The position numbers and the translations under genes are program-made. From assembly GCA_016840465.1 (NCBI GenBank), contig JAEOSH010000051.1, positions 1 to 16,047 on the forward strand: a stretch of DNA of 16,047 nt, in the 5' to 3' direction. The notes beneath the pieces are model-generated. The model ran no database searches and was not told where the DNA came from. It saw only the letters and a program-made list of their open reading frames with translations. Every line of letters starts with the position of its first letter. The first letter of the stretch is position 1. The DNA is from Candidatus Baldrarchaeum yapensis. GTDB taxonomy: Archaea; Asgardarchaeota; Baldrarchaeia; Baldrarchaeales; Baldrarchaeaceae. Positions 1 to 7,701 of the stretch are shown here, piece by piece.

Positions 1-1
1 G

Positions 2-544
2 GTGCGACGACGCGGAGGAGTTCGTTGTGGACGGGACCGCCGTTCCTGTGGGATATCTCGAGGAGAGGTTTGTGCGGGGGAGGGCTGTGCTTTCGAGACC
101 GACTGTCGACATAAAGTCAATCTACGACATAGGGTGGACATGTTCGCGTTTGCGCGGGCGATGCGGTCGCGGGACATCTCGGAGGCCATGGGTGTGCTTC
201 CGCGTGGTTCGACTCTCTACGCGGATGGCGAGTTTTTCGTGAGGGAGAACTGCGTGGAGGCGTTTCGGAGGGGCATTGACTTTCAGGTGAGGCCGCCACG
301 CGTGTTTTCGTGTCGTGTTCTTCGTCGGGCGGCCGAGGGTTTTTCGGCCCGGAGGTATCGCAGAAGGAAGAACGGAGAGCGTGGTGCGGCGGTGTTTGAC
401 AGGGTTCGGGAGATTCCGTACAGGGATCCTGAGAGTGTGGTATCGTTTGTTGTTTTCAGGGCGGTGGCGCACAACGTTAGGCGGATGCTGATGCTGGAGG
501 CGCTGGCCGGCCTCTTTGTGCGGATAGGTGGCGGGGGTGATTGA
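2..544 (+). mobile_element. Partial transposase-like ORF (C-terminal part), possibly IS4-like DDE superfamily, truncated by the window edge
   Basis: Frame 2 translation contains a D2-like motif (TLYADGEFF), then YRRRKNGE, which fits Y-x2-R-x3-E of the IS4 signature, followed by a hydrophobic VVSFVVFRAVAHNVRRML tail. GC-rich compared with the neighbouring genes. Confidence 0.55.
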
Positions 545-585
545 GGTGCAGGGTTTGACAAAAGACAACCTTTTGGTGGGCTCAC

Positions 586-1308
586 TCATAACCTTAGTCT
601 TTTAAGTCTCTGGAGAAGGCTATTGGGAGAATCACTGATATGCAAAGCTATGGGTATACTTTTAGATTGAGCTGTTGCGATAACATGCTCATCGGGCACT
701 TTATTCGTATGTAAAACCACAAGCCCCGGCTTCTTCAAATCCTCGTCCAGTAATAGGAGTGGTGATCGTCCTGTACTCACATTAACTATTATCAGCGCCC
801 TCTTAGATGATACTTCAAACAGTTTACTTAGTGCGTTTTTCGGTAGCGTTAAGAGCCCGGTACCCTCAACTGCTATATAGCCATAAAGTAATTGCGATGA
901 ACTCTCCGAATCTGTGAGAAGTTCAGCACCCAGTGCTTTACAGATATCGTTAACGGTCGTTGGGGCGCTAAACTCTCTTATATCTAGGATTATATCTATG
1001 GGCACTTCCGCACCTGCCAATCTCTCAAAAGCTGTGGTTATTTCCCCGCCGTTCTCCTCATCTATCAGCAGGAGCGCCTCGACAAACCTCTTTATCATTC
1101 TCGTTCCTGGATACTTTCGTCGCCCACTTTCGTAGTCGCTTATTACTGATGGTGAAAGGCCCAGATAGTTTGCGAGTACTATCTGTGGAATGTGAAATAT
1201 CTCTCGCCATTTCTTTAACATCTTACTCGGGTCGTCCGATAACGCTATTTCACCTGCTATTCTCCGTGCGAGTTTTACCTTCGAATAATTATCAAATGCC
1301 ATGCCCAC
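586..1308 (-). CDS. Archaeal XRE/HTH transcriptional regulator (COG1709-like)
   Basis: 240 aa ORF with a Cro/C1-type HTH (IPQIVLANYLGLSPSVISDYESGRRKYPG) and a long C-terminal domain. Alternative start ATG at 1302. Confidence 0.8.
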   Translation of the reverse strand: MGMAFDNYSKVKLARRIAGEIALSDDPSKMLKKWREIFHIPQIVLANYLGLSPSVISDYESGRRKYPGTRMIKRFVEALLLIDEENGGEITTAFERLAGAEVPIDIILDIREFSAPTTVNDICKALGAELLTDSESSSQLLYGYIAVEGTGLLTLPKNALSKLFEVSSKRALIIVNVSTGRSPLLLLDEDLKKPGLVVLHTNKVPDEHVIATAQSKSIPIALHISDSPNSLLQRLKRLRL

Positions 1309-1349
1309 TCACTGCAATTACCTTTAGAACGAGGAGATACCTGAAAAAG

Positions 1350-1357
1350 TTTATAAA
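1350..1357 (-). promoter_or_regulatory. Candidate TATA box for the HTH regulator gene
   Basis: TTTATAAA about 42-55 nt upstream of the ORF start on the minus strand. Confidence 0.45.
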
Positions 1358-1413
1358 GAATTTCTCGACAAGTGCCGAAGATTTGGTGGGGCCGCCGGGA
1401 TTTGAACCCGGGA

Positions 1414-1441
1414 GTCGGCCCGAGGGTAAGAAACCCTCGGC
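1414..1441 (-). other. tRNA intron 2, 28 nt, in the variable loop
   Basis: GCCGAGGGTTTCTTACCCTCGGGCCGAC. Perfect 8-bp inner helix CCGAGGGT/ACCCTCGG, central CGGT/GCCG, bulges GG^G and AC^T; excision leaves a 5-nt V loop TGGTC. The outer helix is weak (relaxed motif). Confidence 0.6.
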
Positions 1442-1453
1442 CCACCGGCGCCC

Positions 1454-1471
1454 TTGACCGGTGTTATACCT
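1454..1471 (-). other. tRNA intron 1, 18 nt, between positions 34 and 35
   Basis: AGGTATAACACCGGTCAA. Bulge-helix-bulge: outer TGCC/GGCG, central GGCC/GGTC, bulges TC^A and AA^G, inner GGT/ACC with loop ATAAC. Confidence 0.7.
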
Positions 1472-1535
1472 GAGGCCGGCATCATACCAAGCTAGACCAC
1501 GGCCCCAACTCATTTAAAGTTCTGGTAGTCAAGTG

Positions 1536-1544
1536 TTTAAATAA
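1536..1544 (-). promoter_or_regulatory. Candidate TATA box for tRNA-Pro
   Basis: TTTAAATAA on the plus strand (TTATTTAAA on the minus strand), about 30-38 nt upstream of the tRNA 5' end. Confidence 0.5.
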
Positions 1545-1985
1545 TTTTCTTCCGATGATGGAGAAGGTGTAAGTTTGGTTAGGTATTTGGAGTTCTTACT
1601 AGAATAAACACTTTATTGCACTTTTGGGCGAACAAGACGAATTATTAAGTGTCAAGTAAGTATTTGCACTGTAGTGGCATGTAAAAACGTCAAAAGATTA
1701 TTCATCAGAATATGATACGATCAGAACTCGTAAAAAGGGTAATTTGAGTGTCAACTGCTGGTTACGATGCCATATCTGCATGTTTCAAGTGTATGTCAAC
1801 GTGTTCCATAGGTCATCTTGAAACCTTGTTTTTGAACGTAGATTTCAAGCAATTGTATCATTAAATCGTATCAAGATACGTGGCTCCGCATAATCATGAT
1901 ACCTGATACGCGCTACAACAATTTCTCGTAACCTTCAGAAAAAGTAATAAACTCTGTCACTTATCTATTGTAACTTGAGCCCAGT

Positions 1986-2060
1986 GCGGCCGTCGTCTAG
2001 TCTGGTCTAGGACACCGGCCTCCCGAGCCGGTTACCCGGGTTCAAATCCCGGCGGCCGCA
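1986..2060 (+). tRNA. tRNA-Gly(CCC)
   Basis: Acceptor GCGGCCG/CGGCCGC, D-stem GTCT/GGAC, anticodon arm CCGGC-CTCCCGA-GCCGG, T-arm CCGGG-TTCAAAT-CCCGG, A73 followed by encoded CCA. 75 nt, no intron. Confidence 0.93.
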
Positions 2061-2122
2061 CCAACCCATTTATGAAACTCCTTCTATTCTGTGAGCGAGG
2101 ATAGTAGTCACTTTGTTGTCTC

Positions 2123-4321
2123 GTGGTGCTGGACATGTCTTCTTATGCGAAGAAGGTAAGGGAAATTGCAAGCCTGATGAAGCACAAAGAGAGAATAAGA
2201 AATATCGGCATAATAGCGCATATTGACCATGGAAAAACAACACTAACAGACATGTTGCTTGCAGCCGCAGGATTGCTATCGCCAGAACTAGCGGGTGAAG
2301 TAAGAGCTCTTGATTACTTAGAAGAAGAGCAGAAGAGAGGAATAACCATAAAGACGGCAAATGTTTCGCTAGTTTATTCGTATAAGGGTGACAAGTACCT
2401 AATAAATTTAATAGACACGCCTGGGCATGTGGATTTTTCCGGAAAAGTCATGCGGGCTCTTCGCGCAATAGACGGCGCCATTGTTGTTGTAGACGCCGTA
2501 GAGGGAGTAATGGTACAAACAGAAATCGTTACACGGCAGGCACTGATAGAAAGGGTGAAACCCATACTTTTCATTAATAAACTTGATCGCTTGATAAGGG
2601 AACTGAAGTTACCGCCTGATAAGATGAGAAAGAGACTTGAGAAGATCATAAGAGATTTTAATTCTTTGATAAGCATGTACGGTGAGCATCCGTATCGTGA
2701 GAAATGGAGAGTTAGCGTACCCGATGGAAGCGTAGTGTTTGGTAGCGCCCTTCATAAGTGGGGTTTTACTGCCGAGATCCTAGAAAGAAAAGGACTAAAA
2801 GTCGGTGACATAATAGAGTTTTATAACAAAGACGAATTAAATGAACTACAGAAATTGTTACCTGTTCACGAAGCAGTACTCGACGCAGTAATAAAGAATC
2901 TTCCCGACCCCATTTCTGCACAGTCTTATAGAATTCCAAAGATATGGCCTGGAAATCTAAATTCCGAAATTGGACATGCACTTTTGAATTGTGATGAAAA
3001 CGGACCAACGGTAATTTGTGTTACGAAAATACTGGTTGATCCTCACGCTGGAAACATAGTTGTCGGTAGAGTTTTCTCTGGTGAAGTTCACGAAGGAGAT
3101 CCCCTATATGCAATTGTAGCTGGAGAGAAAGCACGAGCATATAAGGTCTCGTTATTCATGGGTCCACATCGGTATCAGATTTCCTCGGTACCCGCTGGTA
3201 ATATAGTTGCATTTGGAGGATTTAATGAGGTAAAGGTTGGAGATACAATTGTTGAGGAGAAGTTTAAGGACTTTTGTATCCCATTTGAGACAATAAAGTA
3301 TCTTGTCGAGCCCGTGGTTACGGTCTCATTAGAGCCGGAGAGAACCGCACAACTGGAAAAAATGTTACATATATTAAAGGAATTGGAGTTTCAAGATCCA
3401 AACCTATCAATTAAAATAAATGAAGAGACCGGAGAGTGCCTATTGTCAGGATTAGGGGAACTTCACTTGGAAATAACAATAAAAGAGTTGGAAAAACAAT
3501 GTATCAGCGTAATGGTATCACCACCCATCGTATCGTTCAGAGAAAGCGTAAAGAGAGTTGGTTCGGAGGTTGTTGAGCAGAGTAGTAATTTGAAGAACGA
3601 AATAAAGGTTCGTGCGCGTCCTCTTAGTGAAGACTGCATAAGACTGCTTTCTGAGCATGTAATTCCTAAACTTTCGCGAAAAAGGAGCAAAGAAGGAAAG
3701 TTTGTCGTGTCTAGGCGAGTATTTGAAGTGTGTCAGTTGAGTGGAAAAATATGGGCCATAACTCACCATCCAAACATTCTGGTGTCTCATATACCAGAAA
3801 CTAAAGAAATTTTATCGGTTAAAGATCAAATCATAGAGGCGTTTGAGGATGTTTGTAAATCTGGGCCTTTGTGCGGGGAAACTCTGAGGGGGGTTCTTCT
3901 TGAGATACTAGACTTAAAAGTTAGTAGGGATCCTTCAGAAAGGGATCCCCTGCAAATAATTCCAATGGCATACAAGGCATTCATTAAGTCACTCAAGCAA
4001 GCCGATCTAACATTATTAGAGCCAATTTACCGGATACAAATAACCGCACCACAGGATGTGATCGGTAAGGTGCTGAATTTGCTAAATCAGCGAAAAGGAG
4101 ATGTCGAAAGACTTGAAAGCGACCCATCATCCCCATTAATAATTTTAACTGGATATATCCCTGTCAGGACAAGCTTTGGTTTATCGACTGAACTTAGATC
4201 GAGAAGTTCAGGTCGTGCTTTTCTTCAAATGTCATTCTCTCACTGGGCGGAGGTCCCATCGGAATCAAGAGAACAAATAATAAGGGAGTTAAGAGCGCGG
4301 AGAGGAGAATTGTATGAATGA
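2123..4321 (+). CDS. Archaeal elongation factor 2-like GTPase, full length, without the diphthamide histidine (EF-2 paralog or divergent EF-2)
   Basis: G-domain motifs AHIDHGKTT, EEEQKRGITIKTANVSL, DTPGHVDF, NKLD; EF-2 domain III LLSGLGELHLE; domain V ending GRAFLQMSFSHWAEVP. The listed start is GTG; the ATG at 2135 (MSSYAKK) is an alternative. Confidence 0.9.
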   Translation: MVLDMSSYAKKVREIASLMKHKERIRNIGIIAHIDHGKTTLTDMLLAAAGLLSPELAGEVRALDYLEEEQKRGITIKTANVSLVYSYKGDKYLINLIDTPGHVDFSGKVMRALRAIDGAIVVVDAVEGVMVQTEIVTRQALIERVKPILFINKLDRLIRELKLPPDKMRKRLEKIIRDFNSLISMYGEHPYREKWRVSVPDGSVVFGSALHKWGFTAEILERKGLKVGDIIEFYNKDELNELQKLLPVHEAVLDAVIKNLPDPISAQSYRIPKIWPGNLNSEIGHALLNCDENGPTVICVTKILVDPHAGNIVVGRVFSGEVHEGDPLYAIVAGEKARAYKVSLFMGPHRYQISSVPAGNIVAFGGFNEVKVGDTIVEEKFKDFCIPFETIKYLVEPVVTVSLEPERTAQLEKMLHILKELEFQDPNLSIKINEETGECLLSGLGELHLEITIKELEKQCISVMVSPPIVSFRESVKRVGSEVVEQSSNLKNEIKVRARPLSEDCIRLLSEHVIPKLSRKRSKEGKFVVSRRVFEVCQLSGKIWAITHHPNILVSHIPETKEILSVKDQIIEAFEDVCKSGPLCGETLRGVLLEILDLKVSRDPSERDPLQIIPMAYKAFIKSLKQADLTLLEPIYRIQITAPQDVIGKVLNLLNQRKGDVERLESDPSSPLIILTGYIPVRTSFGLSTELRSRSSGRAFLQMSFSHWAEVPSESREQIIRELRARRGELYE

Positions 4322-4464
4322 AATGCTAATTATTATATCACGTCAAGAGGGGTAAATGTCAGGGACAAAAATTAAAATACCAGAAAATGCTACTTTAAAT
4401 CAAAAATTGCAATATCTAGCGTGGAAATCGAAACCAAATAATACTCTCAGCAGATTTCACGTTG

Positions 4465-4767
4465 TTATAATTCTATTTCCACGAAGACCTCCGGTGGAAT
4501 CTTTATACGCATTATTTGTCGTAGCGTTCTTTCTTCCGCGTCTATTATTATCAGTCTTTTATGAATTCTCAGAGAGTAATGATCCCATGTTTTTGAACCC
4601 TCGCCACAGGGAGATCTGCGTACTGGCACCTTGAGTTTTCTAGTTGGCAAAGGAATAGGTCCCGAAATGGAAACGCCGGTTCGTTTGGCTATCGAAACTA
4701 TTTGACTTGCAACTTGTTCGAGTTGCCGTGGGTCTGTGGATGTTAACCGGATTCTCGCTTTAGACAT
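4465..4767 (-). CDS. rps10: 30S ribosomal protein S10 (uS10)
   Basis: 100 aa with typical uS10 segments: [58 protein letters not shown]. Confidence 0.95.
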   Translation of the reverse strand: MSKARIRLTSTDPRQLEQVASQIVSIAKRTGVSISGPIPLPTRKLKVPVRRSPCGEGSKTWDHYSLRIHKRLIIIDAEERTLRQIMRIKIPPEVFVEIEL

Positions 4768-4801
4768 CAGTTATTACCTCAAAAAATTGTTGATTGAGGG
4801 T

Positions 4802-6109
4802 TTATTTCGCTGGCGTGACCTCTTGTACTATTCCGACGGCGACCGTTCTACCCATGTCTCTAATAGCGAAGCGTCCGAGAGGCTTTATTTCCTCATACTT
4901 CTCGAGCACTATCGGTTTCAGTGGAACGAATTTCACTATCGCGGCTTCTCCCTGCTTTATTATCGATGGATTCTCTTGTACCACCTGACCTGTTCTGGGA
5001 TCCAGTTTTGCTATCAACTGCTCAAACCTCACTGGTGTGTGCGCGGTGTGTGCATGAAGGACCGGGGTGTAACCAGCCGCTATTGCCGTGGGATGCCATA
5101 CGACGAATATTCTTCCTATGAATTCTTTCACAACCGTCGGGGGATTTGTTGGATGTCCTGCGACATCTCCTCTTCTGATGTCCTTTCTTGACACTCCCTT
5201 TACGTTAAATCCTATGTTATCGCCAGGTTCTGCCTGTGAGATTCTCTCATGGTGCATCTCGATGGACTTCACTTCTCCCTTTATCCCTGGGGGCTCGAAT
5301 ATTACAGTATCGCCCTCCTTAAGAACTCCGGTCTCAACTCTACCAACGGGAACTGTTCCAACACCGGTTATCGAGTAGACGTCTTGGATAGGAATTCTAA
5401 GCGGCTTGTCTATGGGCTTCGGTGGCACTTCGAATGTGTCGAGAGCCTCCACGAGTGTTGGTCCATCGTACCATGGCATCTTATCGCTCTTTGTGACAAT
5501 ATTGTCACCTGTCCATGCGGAGACGGGAACGAATGGCACCTTCTCCAGTCGATAACCTATTGTTTTAAGCAGAGCTGAAACTTCCTTCTTTATCTCCTCG
5601 TATCTTTCCTTGCTCCAGTTCACTGATGGGTCGTCCATCTTGTTCACTGCTACGACTATCTGATCAACACCGAGGGTCTTAGCAAGATAAGCATGTTCTC
5701 TTGTCTGCCCACCTGGTCCAATTCCCGCCTCGAATTCTCCCTTCTTGGCGGATACTACAAGCAGTGCACAGTCTGCCTGGCTGGCACCTGTAATCATGTT
5801 CTTTATGAAGTCTCTATGTCCTGGGGCGTCTATTATCGTGAAGTAGTACTTTCTGGTCTCGAATCTCCAGAACGATAGGTCTATCGTTAGTCCTCTTTCC
5901 CTTTCTTCCTTAAGTTTGTCCATTATCCATGCGAACTTGAAACTCTCCTTACCTAGTGCTCTTGCCTCTTCTTCGAATTTTCTTAGTGTTCTCTCATCCA
6001 CGTATCCAGTAAGGAATAATAGGTGCCCCATTAGGGTCGATTTCCCGTGATCGACGTGCCCGATGACTACAAGGTTCAGATGAGGCTTCTTCTCAGAGGC
6101 CATCGCCAT
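4802..6109 (-). CDS. tuf: Translation elongation factor 1-alpha (aEF-1A)
   Basis: 435 aa: [40 protein letters not shown]-terminal [14 protein letters not shown]. Alternative start at 6103. Confidence 0.97.
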   Translation of the reverse strand: MAMASEKKPHLNLVVIGHVDHGKSTLMGHLLFLTGYVDERTLRKFEEEARALGKESFKFAWIMDKLKEERERGLTIDLSFWRFETRKYYFTIIDAPGHRDFIKNMITGASQADCALLVVSAKKGEFEAGIGPGGQTREHAYLAKTLGVDQIVVAVNKMDDPSVNWSKERYEEIKKEVSALLKTIGYRLEKVPFVPVSAWTGDNIVTKSDKMPWYDGPTLVEALDTFEVPPKPIDKPLRIPIQDVYSITGVGTVPVGRVETGVLKEGDTVIFEPPGIKGEVKSIEMHHERISQAEPGDNIGFNVKGVSRKDIRRGDVAGHPTNPPTVVKEFIGRIFVVWHPTAIAAGYTPVLHAHTAHTPVRFEQLIAKLDPRTGQVVQENPSIIKQGEAAIVKFVPLKPIVLEKYEEIKPLGRFAIRDMGRTVAVGIVQEVTPAK

Positions 6110-6183
6110 CCCTCCGAAGATGTTACTGTTATGGTGTGTACCAAAATGGTTGAGAGGCTTAGAATACGAATCATCAAAGGGAA

Positions 6184-6193
6184 TATAAATTCT
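6184..6193 (-). promoter_or_regulatory. Candidate TATA box for the EF-1alpha/rps10 unit
   Basis: AATATAAATT (AATTTATATT on the minus strand) in the gap between rps12 and EF-1alpha, about 75 nt upstream of the EF-1alpha start. Confidence 0.45.
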
Positions 6194-6224
6194 TACATTG
6201 GGTGTCTACATCGGTGGTTCGCAA

Positions 6225-6668
6225 TTATCTAAGGGGTTTTTCCTTCTTACCCTCCAAAAGGGCCTCAAGCGAGACGCCGTTAACTTTAACAACCTTATAC
6301 TTAACTCCTGGGAGGTCTCCATAACTTCTTCCTTTTCGTCCGCCAATGCCCTCTATTATGACCTCATCATGCTCATCTATGAAGAGCAATCCACCGTCGC
6401 CTGGCACAAATGCCGTGACCTGCTTCCCGTTCTTCACAAGTTGCACTCTAACGCACTTTCTTAATGCGCTGTTCGGCTGGCGAGCCTCTATACCTACCTT
6501 CTCTATAACTATGCCCCTAGCTTGAGGAGCTCCCTCAAGCGGATCGGTTTTTATTCTAAGTCCAAGCATTCGGCGTTTATAATAGTAATCCTTCCACCGG
6601 AATTTCTTTCTCTTCATTATTAGTTTTCTAGCCGCAAATTCTCCGACAGGCGATTTTGAACCGGGCAT
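6225..6668 (-). CDS. rps12: 30S ribosomal protein S12 (uS12)
   Basis: 147 aa with [12 protein letters not shown]-type motif ([18 protein letters not shown]) and the [24 protein letters not shown]-terminus. Confidence 0.96.
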   Translation of the reverse strand: MPGSKSPVGEFAARKLIMKRKKFRWKDYYYKRRMLGLRIKTDPLEGAPQARGIVIEKVGIEARQPNSALRKCVRVQLVKNGKQVTAFVPGDGGLLFIDEHDEVIIEGIGGRKGRSYGDLPGVKYKVVKVNGVSLEALLEGKKEKPLR

Positions 6669-6947
6669 TATTCATTACCTCGATCATACTTTTGGAGGAA
6701 ACATCATTAACGCATACGGGTGATTATCCTGAATGATTTCGGTATAGTACATAACACGACTTAGGGAATTTAAAGGTGTATGATCAGTGACCGTATGTGA
6801 AGTAACTTAAATCAAGCGGAAGAGTTTTGTGTGGAGTCGAAATCGGAGGCGTAATATTTAGTAGCCGATCCGATTAGGACGAGAGTGCACTGCCGATCTT
6901 CAGATACGATTCTATGATCAAATTCAACTCTTATTCTCCGGAAAAAA

Positions 6948-7394
6948 TTACTCTATTATGACGTCATCTATACCAAAGTGACGTTTTGCAAGTATTCTCG
7001 CCTTAGCAACGTTCTTTCCATTCTTTCCGATAGCAAGTCCCTTGTATTTTGGATCAACAGTTACTATTGCCACCTTTCTACCATCTTTGCGCTCAGTTAT
7101 GTGTACAGACTTTATACGTGCAGGCATGAGGGCATTTTTTATAAATTCTTCGGGCTTATCGGAGTACTCAACAACATCGATATCCTTTTTGAGTATCTGC
7201 TTTATCCTTTTTATATTCTCGCCGCGTTTCCCAATAGCGAGTCCCAGGTCACCTGCTTTTACCACAAAGATCAAACGGTTCATATTTTCGTCAATTACAC
7301 AGTCCTTTACGAGGGCTCTTGTGAAGGTTTCGAAGAGCGATATATACCTAATTTCCTCCGTTGTTAACCTAATTTTACTACTAGTCATGCTCAC
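6948..7394 (-). CDS. nusA: NusA-like KH-domain transcription termination/antitermination protein
   Basis: 148 aa with two KH-like GxxG units (LAIGKRGENIKRIKQIL, LAIGKNGKNVAKARIL); position between rpl30e and rps12 is typical. Confidence 0.92.
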   Translation of the reverse strand: MSMTSSKIRLTTEEIRYISLFETFTRALVKDCVIDENMNRLIFVVKAGDLGLAIGKRGENIKRIKQILKKDIDVVEYSDKPEEFIKNALMPARIKSVHITERKDGRKVAIVTVDPKYKGLAIGKNGKNVAKARILAKRHFGIDDVIIE

Positions 7395-7699
7395 TCACTC
7401 TCCTCTACAAGTTTTAATATATCGGAATCTCCCGGATCTATAATAGCTAATGAGGAAACCATGAACGGTTTGCCGCATAGGGCTCCTAACTCAACACTAG
7501 AGCCCTCAAAAACATATAATGGAGTTTTGGAGAGTTTGCAATAATACATGACTTCTTGTTTTATTTCCTCCGGCGCTTCTTTTGCCAAAATTATCAATTT
7601 CGCTCTTCCTCGTCTTATCGTGTCAAGAGTACGCTTGGAGCCCAATATCACCTTACCGGTTTTTAAGGCCATTTTTAATGATTTCTCAAGGTTTACCAC
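7391..7699 (-). CDS. rpl30e: 50S ribosomal protein L30e (eL30)
   Basis: 102 aa: TGKVILGSKRTLDTIRRGRAKLIILAKEAP, YEGSSVELGALCGKPF-like segment. Overlaps nusA by 4 nt. Confidence 0.92.
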   Translation of the reverse strand: MVNLEKSLKMALKTGKVILGSKRTLDTIRRGRAKLIILAKEAPEEIKQEVMYYCKLSKTPLYVFEGSSVELGALCGKPFMVSSLAIIDPGDSDILKLVEESE

Positions 7700-7701
7700 C
7701 G

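Larger units (their letters stand above)
1387..1506 (-). tRNA. tRNA-Pro(CGG) with two predicted introns (join of 1506-1472, 1453-1442, 1413-1387 in transcription order)
   Basis: Acceptor GGGGCCG/CGGCCCC, A73, T-arm CCGGG-TTCAAAT-CCCGG, D-arm GTCT-AGCTTGGTA-TGAT, anticodon stem CCGGC/GCCGG. Removing 18 nt and 28 nt gives a 74 nt class I tRNA with loop CTCGGGC and V loop TGGTC. An encoded CCA follows (1384-1386). Confidence 0.85.

Noticed and set aside
117-589. Minus-strand ORFs 122..589, 117..299 and 283..585
   Set aside because: Pro/Arg/Thr-rich translations opposite the transposase-like frame; no motifs.
545-600. Terminal inverted repeats of the IS pair (e.g. GTGCAGGGTTTGAC against GTGTCGGGGTTTCAT near 15512, or AAAAGGTTG against GAAAGGTTT near 15478)
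   Set aside because: The matches are short and imperfect, alternative pairings are equally good, and the two edge fragments may not be the same element. IS ends cannot be fixed from this window.
1387-1506. tRNA-Leu(CAG) with one canonical 37/38 intron and a long variable arm
   Set aside because: The 37/38 placement gives a poor central helix (CTCA against CAAG), the D-arm is class I-like, and the variable region would be 33 nt. The Pro(CGG) two-intron model fits acceptor stem, loop sizes and BHB pairing better.
4794-6464. Several ORFs antisense to EF-1alpha and rps12 (e.g. 4736..5191 +, 5249..5578 +, 6198..6464 +)
   Set aside because: They lie opposite strongly recognisable conserved genes and their translations are Cys/Ser/Leu-rich without recognisable motifs; they are shadow ORFs.
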